Position numbers and translations under genes: made by a program | Shown: positions 13,966 to 27,858 of the stretch, in pieces | Layout of the letters: every line of letters starts with the position of its first letter | How positions within the stretch are numbered: the first letter of the stretch is position 1 | Origin: Eledone cirrhosa | Lineage: Eukaryota | Assembly (NCBI GenBank): GCA_964016885.1 | Contig: OZ024740.1 | Coordinates: forward strand, 347,820,001 to 347,884,000 | Reading direction: 5' to 3' | Length of the DNA: 64,000 nucleotides | Notes under the pieces: model-generated | What the model was told of the DNA's origin: nothing | Database searches by the model: none | The model's input: the letters and a program-made list of their open reading frames with translations, nothing else

Positions 13966-15263
13966 AAAAAATGGGGAGAAGAATACTGCAGGTTGCACAT
14001 GGATAACATGTAATAAAATGAGTCCCTCATCAGTGATTTGCCGACGATCATAGATATTTCATTGCATTAAAAATCATATACCTCACGTCGGTGCAATAAT
14101 AACTAAATTAAGTTATTAGGACAATTAAAACGCGTAAAGCGAGTGAGACAAGTAAACAACAAAGACAGCTAACCGTAGAGAGGAAGGGAACAAGCTACAT
14201 AGTTATTCTGTTAGCATAAGCTAGGTGAATATATGAGCGCTTAGCAAAAAGACCTTTCGAGATGAATCCAAATGTGAGAAAGAAAGAAAATGTATTCGTC
14301 GCGAACGGGGTGAAGTGAGAAGGGGAGAAACAGTGAGTGAGTGAGTGGAAGTGTGAGGAAGAGTTAACTGACATGACAGAGGGGGCGAAAGAAAGTAGGA
14401 GAAACAGAGAGAACGAGGGAGCAGTAAGAGAGAGAGAGAGAGAGAAAAACAGAATCGCAGTTTAGGTAAATATATGTGAAAAAATATATATGTATATATG
14501 TATATATATATATATATATGTGTATATATATGTATATATGTATATCTGTGTGTATATATGTGTATATATGTATGTATATAGATACATCGCACTCTCCCCC
14601 GCCACCACAATAACTTCTACACTCTCTCCCCACCATCACATGTCATTACCCTATCTAGACTAAAGTCATCGACCTGTTGTCAAACTCTTTACTCTCTGTT
14701 GAATGTGTATATATATATATGTATGTATATGTGTGTATATACATCGCTCAGTCAAACGACCAGATTTCAACCCCAACATCTACAACAACAACACCGGCAC
14801 TAATGTTTACAGCAACAACAGCTTCAGAATGAACTGAAATGAACATTTACAACAACAACAACAGCGGCATCAAAAGATAAAAAAAAAGGGGGAAGGGAAA
14901 AAAAGGGAAGGGGGAAAAAAAGAAAAAAAAACAAAACTCAAAATAACAAAACACACACACACACACGCGCACAACACAACAACAACATCAACTGCCACCA
15001 CCACCACTACCGCCGCCGCCAACACCATCACTAGCGAACGGGCCTTAAGAAAACAACTTTAATAATAATTTTTCTGCTTTTGGCACGGATCCAGCGACTG
15101 GTCCAGCGCATCACTGGTACTCTCTTTTGTTGACTCCGTGGGGATGAAAGGCAAGGTTGACCTTGGCGGGATATGTATATATATGTATATGTATATGTGT
15201 GTACATCTATATGTGTATATATGTGTATGTGTGTATATGTGTATATGTAGGTGTATGTATGTA

Positions 15264-15294
<31 letters not shown>

Positions 15295-15363
15295 GTATAT
15301 GTATGTGTGTACGTATATGTGTGTATATATGTGTGTATATATGTATGTGTATATGTATATATG

Positions 15364-15394
<31 letters not shown>

Positions 15395-15454
15395 ATGTAT
15401 GTATGTGTATGTGTATATATATGTGTGTGTATATGTATATATATATGTATATGG

Positions 15455-15522
<68 letters not shown>

Positions 15523-15587
15523 GTATGTATGTGTGGGTGTATGTGGGTGCGCGCGAGTGTGTGAGTGAGTGTGTTTGTGAATGTGTC

Positions 15588-16259
<672 letters not shown>

Positions 16260-16478
16260 GGGGTAACAAATAATAGTTATATCCAGTCCCCTTAGGTGTA
16301 GTCCAGTTATGGTATTCCGGGTAGTGGATGATATCAACGCTAGGCTTGGTTTGACTCAACAAGGCGTATTCATAGTGATGTTGCGAGTATGCTGTAATTC
16401 CTATGTTGTAAACACTTGGAGTAATAATAAATCAGGAAAGAAGATTGACATGGTTGGCAATACAAAAAAGTTTTTTAA

Positions 16479-16599
16479 TCTCATTGCTGACAATTGTTTC
16501 TCTGAACTGGTAGGTCTAGAGATCGCTATTCGCTTGTTTTCACGTTACTCGATCGTCAATACAAAATTATAACCAGTCAGTTCTTCGGAGCATGCGAGA
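16479..16599 (-). ncRNA. Hammerhead-like motif with CCGAAGA core and long stem II insert
   Basis: Minus strand TGCT-CCGAAGA-A-CTGA-CTGGT...ACCAG-T-TCAG-A-GAAA-CAATTG-TC-AGCA. Differs from the canonical core by U4 to C. Confidence 0.62.
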
Positions 16600-16709
16600 A
16601 TGAAGAGAATATACAGGCATGAAAGGAATATACAGGCTAGAGAAACAATTGTCAGCAATGAGATTAAAAAACTTTTTTGTATTGCAAACCATGTCAATCT
16701 TCTTTCCTG

Positions 16710-16762
<53 letters not shown>

Positions 16763-16969
16763 TGTAGAAACTGCCTACACAAAGCTGACACATGTAATTT
16801 ATTTATATATATAGAGTCCAGCCTCCTGTTATAATAATTAACTCCGTACTAGCACCACCAACACAAACGAAGACGGGTGAGCTGCATTACATCGAGTGCT
16901 CTCCATAATATTACATCGAGGTTGACCATACGGAATGACCAGTTCTATCCAGTGGTGAACCAACAAACC

Positions 16970-17024
<55 letters not shown>

Positions 17025-17218
17025 TTTCCTGGGTCTTGTATTTTCGTTGCTCTGGTAATGCGGTCGGACTGCCGACTGCTATATCTGATTTGCTAAGCTG
17101 TCTGAACATAATGTTATTACTCTGGGGTCTTACCTCATCTGAGTGCTAAAGCTACAAACCGAATAAGCATACACGCTAGCTTGGTCGTATACTAGAGCTT
17201 CGTCTATGCTGTACTAAA

Positions 17219-17324
<106 letters not shown>

Positions 17325-17556
17325 GTGTGTGTACGTCAATACTCATGTACGTCAATACTCATCTTTTTCCATTTCTCTGAGGGTTCGAAACCCCACTATC
17401 AGGCTAAAAATTTCTTTAGTCAAAAAATACGGTGAAAGCTTCTATTTCTAATTTCAAACTTGCTCACTGTTTCAACACATACTTACTTACATAGATATAT
17501 ATACATACATATATATATATAAATATGCACACACACACACATACACTCACACACAC

Positions 17557-17608
<52 letters not shown>

Positions 17609-17899
17609 ATAGTAATTCAACGCATAGAGACAGCTACATAAGTACTTATGTTGATATGATCGATTAAACCACTTGATGGCACTGCCCTTGCATGGATGCA
17701 GTATAATGCCTGAAAACAGTGAAAGAATAAAATAATAATATATTAAACAATTGCATACCGAAACGAGTTTGATGTGATCAATACTCGACAATATAGAATC
17801 ATCAAAGCCAGAGACTAACAGCATTGCGAAATGTTAAAAATAATTGAAAAGCCAATTGTTCTTTATATTTTATTGTACTTTTATTGTTTAGATGAAAGC

Positions 17900-18800
17900 T
17901 TGGTTCTCTCAAAGTTAAATTTATTCTGGAAAGGTTTAGAGTCATGAGGTTTACAGTCAAGTTGGTTAGATCCAGAATATTGAGAACAACGAGGTTTAGG
18001 GAAAGGAACATAACGTGAAGACAATATAGTATTGAGAGCAAGGAAAGTTTAGTATAAGTACGTTTAGAGAACAATTTCAAGGATACTTAAAGAAAGGAAA
18101 TTTATGGCAAGAATGTTTAGAACACCTAAGCGTCAAGAAAATAAGTTTAGAGTAGAAACGTTTAGAAAAAATGAATATTTAGAATGAGGAAGTTTAAAGT
18201 AAGGAAGTTAAGAACCGGGAAGTTTAAAGCAAGTAAGTTTAGAACAAAGAATGTAAAACAAGGGAATTAATAACAAGCACGTTTAAAGCAACATAGTTAA
18301 TGTGTCTATCTAGAATGATAATCATGATGTTGTTTGTAAATAAAAACCATTAACCTGGATACCTAAATATGGAATGTTACGCGATGCCCCCCCCCCCCCC
18401 TCACACACACACACACAGCCCCGGCGGACAGAATGGAGAAAGCGTTCCCACAGAGGACGGCAAGGGAGACGCGCTGGAAAAGCCACTCCAACTCGCGGGG
18501 TTCACACGGCTGGCCAGCTCAGCGCCTATGGTGGTGAGTAGGGAGGTAGCCCTAGGGCCGAGGATACCAGAAGTCTCCACTGCCAGGGGTGCAACCGCAA
18601 ACCTGTCGGAGAGTGACCGGTATTTGAGGAGCTTGGCCTCCTCAGCCCGACGTGCAGCAGAACCTGGGTTATGGAGGTTAAGATAAAACAATTTTAGAGG
18701 AAGGAAGTAGAGGAAGTTTAGAACAAGGAAGTTTAAGGCAAGAAAATGTAGAATGAAGAGGTTTCGGACAACGTAGTTTAGGTCAACGAAGTTTAGAGAA
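17900..18800. repeat. Degenerate 15-bp minisatellite (GTTTAGAACAAGGAA-like), interrupted at about 18300-18690
   Basis: Units such as GTTTAGAACAAGGAA, GTTTAAGGCAAGAAA, GTTTCGGACAACGTA, GTTTAGGTCAACGAA. Confidence 0.7.
18418..18685 (-). mobile_element. 3' fragment of a CRE-like non-LTR element (restriction-like endonuclease C-terminus)
   Basis: PGSAARRAEEAKLLKY...APLAVETSGILG, then frameshifted WLFQRVSLAVLCGNA. GC-rich island whose 3' end abuts (TG)n. Confidence 0.68.
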
Positions 18801-18807
18801 ATGGCAG

Positions 18808-19465
18808 AAGGCCAGCAATTTTGGGGAGGGGAAAGTCGATTAAATTGACGCCAGTGTGTGACTGGTACTTTACTTTATCGACGCCTTAAGGATGAAAGGC
18901 AAAGCTAACCTCGCGGGATTAGAAATCAGAATTTAAAGGGCCGTAACTCTATGCTACGAAGCATGGTGTCCGACGCTCTACCCATTCTGCCAATCCCTCC
19001 TCCTCCTCCTCCTCCTAATAATAATAATAATAATGATTTCTACAATAGGCACAAGGCCAGTAATTTGGGGGGAGAGGAAAGTCGATTAAATCGACCCCAG
19101 TGCATTACTGGTACTTTATTTTATCGACCCCGTAAGGATGAAAGGCAAAGTTAACCTCGGCGGGATTTGAACTCAGATCGTAAAGGGAAGAAACTATGCT
19201 GGAAACCATGGCGTCCGACCCTCTACCGATTCTGCCAATCCACAATAATAATAATTTCTAGTATAGGCACAAGGCCAGTAATTTGGGGGGAGGGGGAAGT
19301 CGATTAAATCTACCCAAGTGCGTTACTGGTACTTTATTTTATCGACCCCCGTAAGGATGAAAGGCGAAGTTAACCTCGGCAGGATTTGAACTCAGAAGGT
19401 AAAGGGCCGTAACTCTATACTACAAAGCATGGAGTCCGACTCTCTACTGATTCTGCCAATCCTCC
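18808..19465 (-). mobile_element. Three tandem SINE copies
   Basis: Units at about 18808-18995, 19030-19241 and 19248-19461, separated by (AAT)n tails. Confidence 0.85.
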
Positions 19466-19886
19466 TCCTCCTCCTAATAATAATAATGATAATAATAATG
19501 ATACCAACAACATTGATTTCATTATGGACCACAAACGCGATCGATGTTGGGCCAATTCAAGGTACTAAAAAAAGTAAAAATGGAGCTCAGATCCAGTAAA
19601 GGGAATGCAAACATCGACATCAAGTAAAAGAAAGTTACGGTAAGCGAGAGAACAGAGCGAACTTGCGCTAGAGAAAAACATCCATCTTGCAAATAAATAA
19701 AAAATCCTATAGGGAATTCGTATTTTCTATAATGCACTGATGGCATGCTCTTTATCTACTTTAAATGTTATCTGGTATTTGATGATGTTACTATACCGTA
19801 GTGAAGGTCACCATGCGTACACCTTTTCACGTACACATACACACACACATATCTATCTATACATACCTATGTATATATAAATAAAT

Positions 19887-19941
<55 letters not shown>

Positions 19942-19987
19942 ATATATAAATATAAATATATATATATGTATATATACATATATATAC

Positions 19988-20020
<33 letters not shown>

Positions 20021-20047
20021 CATATATATATATACATATATATATAT

Positions 20048-20094
<47 letters not shown>

Positions 20095-20368
20095 CTCCTT
20101 ATATCCCTATCTCGCTCCACGCCCTCTTCTTTAAATTCAAGTTTATCATGTTATTATTTGTGGTATATAAATATTGAGATTTGTTGTAATAAATCACTGC
20201 CAATACTGGAATTGAACCATCAAGATAGTTGAGGTATGTCATATATTAATTCATGTATTTTATCTGACGAGGACGTACTGAAAAAACAACACAGTACCTT
20301 CGAAATATATATAATGAAACATATATTTTGATATATGTGAATGTCTTCATTTATTAATATTCTGAATA

Positions 20369-20431
<63 letters not shown>

Positions 20432-20589
20432 CACACACACATACATATATATACATACATATATATATGCGTATGGATGTGCACGTGTGTGAGTGCGTTT
20501 ATGTGTATGTAAGTCTGTGTGAGTATATATTTGTATACAGACCTACACCGAAACGCACACGTGTATATCTCCCTCTATATACAAACATA

Positions 20590-21662
<1,073 letters not shown>

Positions 21663-21877
21663 GTGTATTGAATACACTATATTTATATATATATGTATAT
21701 CATCATCATCATCATCGTTTAACGTCCATGTTCCACGCTTGCATGGATATAAATAAATATATATATATATTGTTATATTTGGGGAGGGTCATATTGTTAT
21801 AACATTGCCAGAAATAATAATAAAACACACTCACCGTTTGGTTTGGATTGGTTTTCGCTTCAGTATCTTTTATATCT

Positions 21878-21954
<77 letters not shown>

Positions 21955-22270
21955 ATTAAACACTTTACAAATTATCCCCTGTGATTGTTTCATGTGTTTA
22001 TTTTAAATATATATATGTCAATCAATTTCTAGTTGATATAAAAAAATGCTCGGATCTATTCATTGGAATCTTTGAGCTTATTCTACGGTGGATATGGCGC
22101 ATGATTAATTAAATTAATTTTATATATATATTTGTATGTTTGTGAGTGTGTTTGTGTGCAATTAGATATGTGAATAATATATATATGTGCATGTGTGCAT
22201 ATTTGAATATATGGACATCGGAAACTTAACAAAAACACATGAAAGACAAAATACACGACAGTGTACTTAC

Positions 22271-22706
22271 CTATTGTGGTGATTACTGTTACAGAAAATA
22301 GCAGAGATCCAGAAAATGACCATTGGAGCTCACTATCACTATTGAGACCATTCCAGCCTGTTGATTCTGTAAATTGCACGATTTCCTCTTCAAATTCTTT
22401 GATTAAAATACTAGTAATATTCTCAAAATCATTTCCAGATACGATGTCTTCACTTTCAGAAAATCTCAGTAACCTCAATGTATATTTCTCTCTCATTTTC
22501 TCGGCTTGCTTTCGAACATCTAGTTCATAGTTGCCTTCTAAACCTCGGAATATCCATCCTCCTAGAATGCTATAACCAACTACACAGCCTGTTAACCCGA
22601 CGTGTGAAAACAGAAACATGAACAATTTCTTGAAACATAGTAAAACTAATCCGAGACACCAGTATGCTCTTAAACAACCACTTCGTTTGTGTTTTCGTTT
22701 AGACAT
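22271..22706 (-). CDS. Coding exon of a two-pore-domain (K2P/TWiK-family) potassium channel: N-terminus, TM1, extracellular cap and pore helix 1
   Basis: Translation MSKRKHK...FLFSHVGLTGCVVGYSILGGWIFRGLEG...WSFSGSLLFSVTVITTIG, followed by G|GTAAGT (donor at 22270-22265), a phase-1 intron splitting TIG|YG. ATG at 22706-22704 is the presumed start. No downstream exon recognised in the window. Confidence 0.9.
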
Positions 22707-23405
22707 TTTCAAATAATGAATAATAATGAAAAAGCATGAGAGATGAAGGCAACTTCAAATATTGATCCCCATTTCAGTCTGTGTATTCTTTTCAGGATTG
22801 AACCTAAACATCATTTTTTCTTTCCGTTTCGATGTATTTTAAGTTTTTCATTTGATTATTTAAGTGATATTCTTTTCTATTTTCAAACTTTCTTCTTTCT
22901 CTACAACACTGTATTCATTTCTATTGGAATCAGTAAAGAACTGAAATGCATAGTTAAAAATTTTGAGTAGATGTATTGAGGTAAAAAGCAAAACAAACGG
23001 AATAACATGATAAAGAACGACAGAAAGATAAGAATGAATAAAAACAAAACAGAAAGGAGAATAAACGAGGCGAGAGAGTGAGACAGAGATATAGATAAAC
23101 AGAAAGAAAGAGAGAGAAAGAAAGCTAGGGAGAGCAAGAGGGGATTACCTTTTAATTATGTTTGAAATGTAAGGAGGGGTTGGGAAGATATGAAGAGAAA
23201 ATAACCAGTAAGAATCTATAACGTTTATTGTAACATTAACCTATACAACAGACATCAACTCTTGAAAGAGATCACCGTAGATAACATCCAGGCAACAAGC
23301 TGTAAATGTTGCCATTACTACTACTACTACAACTACTACTACTACTACTAGGAAAACCTACTAACACCACCGCTACTAGTGCTCTTTCTAATATCACTCT
23401 GAGAG

Positions 23406-23590
<185 letters not shown>

Positions 23591-23989
23591 AGGAAAACCT
23601 ATCCTTTTCAAAACTGAGGTTTTCAGAAGTTGAACAATAGATTAAAGTAAAACGAATAAAAAACAGAAAAAAGTAATAAACAAAAACAATTTAATAACCA
23701 AAAAGAAAAATATTTAAAATAATGGAAAAAAAACGACACATTTCTGCATTGATTTTTAGAGAGTAGTCACGATGTGTACGGGGAGTGGAGGCAATGGCAG
23801 AACTAGGGGGGTTACTTGAGGATGCGGACCGCACGGGGTGACTCAAATATGACAATCTGTTTATAAAATATTTGTACTGTGTTTAGCAAAATTTATTTTT
23901 ATGCGTGTATTCGATTTAGTTTTGCTCAGTAACAGTTGTCTTCGTTGTAGGATAAGTAGAAAGAATACAATAGGAAGCAAACAAATCAC

Positions 23990-24060
<71 letters not shown>

Positions 24061-24063
<3 letters not shown>

Positions 24064-24245
24064 CGAAGGAGTTGTAAGGAACCAGATGGACCATAACGTA
24101 CCAGAGTACTCAATACTTAGGGTAGTAGAGTGGGTAATAGGAAAATGTATGACCCCGACGGCAGAGCTCAAGCCGTTTCGACGGCTATTTCTGGACAGTC
24201 CAGAAATAGCCGTCGAAACGGCTTGAGCTCTGCCATCGGGGTCAT
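24061..24245. repeat. TA-embedded repeat family ending in a 97-nt palindrome
   Basis: 24149-24245 has 48-bp arms with one mismatch. Family copies lie at 45171-45294 and 46912-47120. Confidence 0.85.
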
Positions 24246-24249
24246 CCTA

Positions 24250-24323
<74 letters not shown>

Positions 24324-24405
24324 TTTATCCCGGGTTCAATGGGGAGTAGCCACAGTAAGTAAGGTACTCGATACAAAGCAGAGTATAAATATTTAATATA
24401 GAAAT

Positions 24406-24450
24406 GGCTTCTATAGGACTGTTTCATTCGGGAGAAATCATCAGGACGCC
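24406..24450 (-). ncRNA. Damaged hammerhead motif (16015 family)
   Basis: GGCGTC-CTGATGA-TTTCTCCCGAAT-GAAA-CAGTCCTA-TA-GAAGCC. Mismatches in stems I and III. Confidence 0.55.
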
Positions 24451-24585
24451 GACTATACAAGTAATATGGTGCTATTTATATCTTTTCTGGTGGTAGGAGA
24501 GGGTCAATGACCTCCACCCATCCCAATCACCACCCTCTCCTACCACCAGAAAAGATATGAATACCACCACATTACTTGGACAGTC

Positions 24586-24636
24586 GCCTTCCTGATGATT
24601 TCTCCCGAATCAAACAGTTCTAGTCCTGAAGAAGAC
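24586..24636 (+). ncRNA. Degenerate hammerhead motif (16015 family)
   Basis: CTGATGA is intact, but GAAA has become CAAA and the TA site has become AA. Probably inactive. Confidence 0.5.
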
Positions 24637-24654
24637 ATTTATATATATATATGA

Positions 24655-24690
<36 letters not shown>

Positions 24691-24691
<1 letters not shown>

Positions 24692-24935
24692 TAAAAGGAA
24701 AAGAAAATGCTGACAAATTGTTCCCAGTAAAAAATAGTTTAATTAGGAATAAGTAAAAATTAGTAATAAGTATTGGTTAGTATTCAGTTTTAGTTTTAAG
24801 TTTTTACCGGTTGCGTGTGTGTGTGTATCAGAGTAATTCGTGATAGAGGGATCGGTCAGAAGGAATGTGTCTGTACGTGTGTGGGGGATATTTTAACATG
24901 TTGAAAGATATTTTTCAGCTCTTGTTTTATACGAA

Positions 24936-24991
<56 letters not shown>

Positions 24992-27766
24992 CTCTTTGTA
25001 TGTTAGTGTACGCGTGTGTATGTGTGTGTGTATATATATATGTGTGTGTGTATATGTGTGTGTGTGTGTGGGGGCGGGGGCAGTATTTTTGTGATATTGG
25101 TAAAAATGGTGTACATTATTCGATATTTTCAGCAAAACGATTCTCTCAAGAGAACATCAAAAACATTATTAATAAAAGGTGTGAAATGATATATAGTATT
25201 GTCATAACACCAAGGTGTGTGTGAGTGTCCAGATTGTACGTACTGCAAGGGGAATCCATTAGGCCCTGCCCTATTGGAATACTTGTGTACAAATATGTAT
25301 GTGCCCATCAGTGTGCAATGCATGTGTGCGTATATGTATGTGTGTCGGCACGTTTATATCTATAGACATCAAAAGGTATGCAAATTTGTGTATATTTGTG
25401 TTGCACCATAGAACATGTGTGTTTACGTATGTCATTGTGTTTATATGTGGATAGAGATGTATGTAGGATGTATGCTGATGTAGGTATGTATGTTGACGTG
25501 TGTATGTTGTGGGTTCGTCTTAGGGAGAAGTGTTTAGACGGGCTCCGTATTTGCTAATAAAGTGAGATTCCTTGCTGATGCGCTGGGTGTGGGTGGCATT
25601 ATCTTTAAATTTGTAGAGGGGAAAGATTCTGAAGTTGGGATGATTTTGGGTGGCACAGGTATCAATGTGTTCACTCAGTGATATTTTCCTGTATTTCCGT
25701 ATTTTAATTTGGGATCTATGGACAGTCATGCGTTGGCGGAGGCTGTTTTTGGTCTGGCCTATGTATTGTTCTCGACAACCTGAGCAAGTTAATACATATA
25801 TTAGATTTTCTGATGCGCATGTGAAATTGTGTTTTACTATAAAACGTTGTCCTTCTTTGAAATAGAATTCCGAACCCTCTATTAGGTTGATGCATATGCC
25901 ACAGTTGGGTCTATCGCATTTTTTTACTGTGGGTTTCGTTGTTGTGGTTGGCATTACTTTGGCATGTGTTATCATGTTTTTCATTGACTTAGATTGTCTT
26001 TTGCTCTTTATGATATCGTGTGTTCGAAGGATTTGGTTCATTCTATGGTCCTTTTTTAACACAGGGATGTTCTGGAGGATGGTGTCAAAGGCCTCATTGT
26101 TGAGGGGGTTGTGTGTGGAGATGTATGGAAGAGCTTTTAGTTTCGGTTGATTTACTTTAGGGTGTCTAAGGTCCTGGGTACTGATTTTTAGGGCACGTTG
26201 GATTCCATTGTCAATTAATGATGCGGGGTAGTCCTTGCCTATGAGTGTGTCCTTTAGTTCTTGTAGCCGTAAGTTACAGGTGTTTTTATTGGAGACTATA
26301 GTACAGATTCTCTTGGCTAAGTTGTAGGGAATATTAATTTTAACGTGTCTAGGGTGGCAAGAGTTGAAAGGAAGATATTGCTTGGAGTCTGTGGGCTTGT
26401 AGTATATGTCTGTTTCTATTTTTTTGTTATGAATCTTAATGAGGATGTCGAGGAAGGGGAGTTCTTGATGGCTGTATTCCATCGTAAAGTTAATATTCGT
26501 GTTGAGCCCATTTATAAGGGTGTGAAATTCTTTAAGTTTCTCGATGTTTTCGTGCCAAAGGATGAAGCAGTCATCTAGATATCGCTTCCAGTTCCTTTCT
26601 ATGTGTAAGTGGAGAGTGTTTCCAAATTTGTTTAGTACTTTAGTGTAGAGGGTGATTTCCAGGTATCCCATGACTAGGTTGGCATAAGTGGGGGCTGTTT
26701 TCGTTCCCATAGCGGTCCCAGATTGCTGCCTGTAGGATTTGTTATTGAAAACAAAGTAATTATTATCCAAGATAAATTTGAGTCCCTCTATCACGAATTC
26801 TTTTTTGATGCGTTGTGGGAGTTCATTGTGGTAATTATCCAGCCAGAATTGGATAGCTTCTATTCCTAGGTTGTGGGGCATGTTGGAGTATAGGTTGACT
26901 ACATCGAACGTCACTAGTAGGGTTTGTTCAGAAAGGGGCATATTAGGGAGGTGATTGAGCATATCTAGGTCGTCCCTTATATAGCTTTTGATGTGTTTGA
27001 GAAAAGGCTTGAGAAGGGTATCAATGAAGTTGCTAAGGCGGTGGGTTTCACAAGCGGGGCCTGCTATTATAGGTCTTAATTTGAGATCATTGGGTGAGGG
27101 GACATTGATGACTTTGTCTGTGGCTCCCTTGCATGCCTTACTTATTAATTCGCTTTTATGTACTTTAGGGATACCGTAGAAAAGGCTGGATTTACTTGTG
27201 AAGTCTGTGATGAAGCTGAATTCCTTGTTAGTGAGTCCTTCTTTGTATTGGTTGATCAGAGTTTTTAGGTTTCTCATAATTTTCTGTTGATTGTAGTGTT
27301 CAGCCTTTTCGTAGTATGTTTCGTTTTCCAAAGTGGAGAGCGCTAAGTTGATATAGAATTCTGTCTCCATTAGGACTACCGTACTCCCTTTATCAGCCTC
27401 TTTAATTGTAATGGTTCTGTCGGCTTTTAATCTATTTAATTCTTCCCATTCTTTCTTGTTGAGGTTTGGCTTGTGTTTTTGTCTGTGCAAGTGTTGGTAA
27501 GGGAAGTTTGTGATGCGTTCACAGAATTCGTCCAGGATTTTATTTTTACCTTTTGATGGGGTGTAGTTGCTTCTATTTCTGGCTAATAATTAATCCTCAT
27601 TATACTGGTCGAATAGTTCTTCACTGAGTCGTAACTTTCTACAGAAGTCTGTGATGTCTTCTTCATTTCGTAGTAGTTAGGACGTAGTGGGATCGGTGTG
27701 AATTTAAGACCTTTGGAGAGTAAGTTGATAAAGTTGGGTGTTGGTTCTGCACTAGTTAGATTGATA

Positions 27767-27770
<4 letters not shown>
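24691..27770 (-). mobile_element. Penelope-like retroelement (Neptune-like), 5'-degenerate, with 3' UTR and terminal segment, flanked by (TA)n
   Basis: Contains the 656-aa RT/GIY-YIG ORF. Its 3' UTR and terminal 24691-24816 match the copy at 58021-59713. TA arrays lie at both ends. The 5' boundary is approximate. Confidence 0.88.
25520..27490 (-). CDS. PLE reverse transcriptase plus C-terminal GIY-YIG endonuclease (uninterrupted 656-aa frame, N-terminus broken upstream)
   Basis: Motifs IKEADKG, FYGIPKVHK, LRPII, LVTFDVVNLY, SGTAMG...APTYANL, WKRYLDDCF, LPFLDI, Cys linker CDRPNCGIC, LIYVLTC..C..QYIGQT...RQRMTVH. Confidence 0.92.
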   Translation of the reverse strand: MHRQKHKPNLNKKEWEELNRLKADRTITIKEADKGSTVVLMETEFYINLALSTLENETYYEKAEHYNQQKIMRNLKTLINQYKEGLTNKEFSFITDFTSKSSLFYGIPKVHKSELISKACKGATDKVINVPSPNDLKLRPIIAGPACETHRLSNFIDTLLKPFLKHIKSYIRDDLDMLNHLPNMPLSEQTLLVTFDVVNLYSNMPHNLGIEAIQFWLDNYHNELPQRIKKEFVIEGLKFILDNNYFVFNNKSYRQQSGTAMGTKTAPTYANLVMGYLEITLYTKVLNKFGNTLHLHIERNWKRYLDDCFILWHENIEKLKEFHTLINGLNTNINFTMEYSHQELPFLDILIKIHNKKIETDIYYKPTDSKQYLPFNSCHPRHVKINIPYNLAKRICTIVSNKNTCNLRLQELKDTLIGKDYPASLIDNGIQRALKISTQDLRHPKVNQPKLKALPYISTHNPLNNEAFDTILQNIPVLKKDHRMNQILRTHDIIKSKRQSKSMKNMITHAKVMPTTTTKPTVKKCDRPNCGICINLIEGSEFYFKEGQRFIVKHNFTCASENLIYVLTCSGCREQYIGQTKNSLRQRMTVHRSQIKIRKYRKISLSEHIDTCATQNHPNFRIFPLYKFKDNATHTQRISKESHFISKYGARLNTSP

Positions 27771-27858
<88 letters not shown>

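Noticed and set aside
17802-18300. 15-bp periodic region as a pentapeptide-repeat gene or CRISPR-like array
   Set aside because: Degenerate tandem minisatellite with no unique spacers, frames broken, eukaryotic context.
22083-22270. C-terminal extension of the 209-aa ORF
   Set aside because: Read-through into the intron after the GTAAGT donor; channel similarity stops at TIG.
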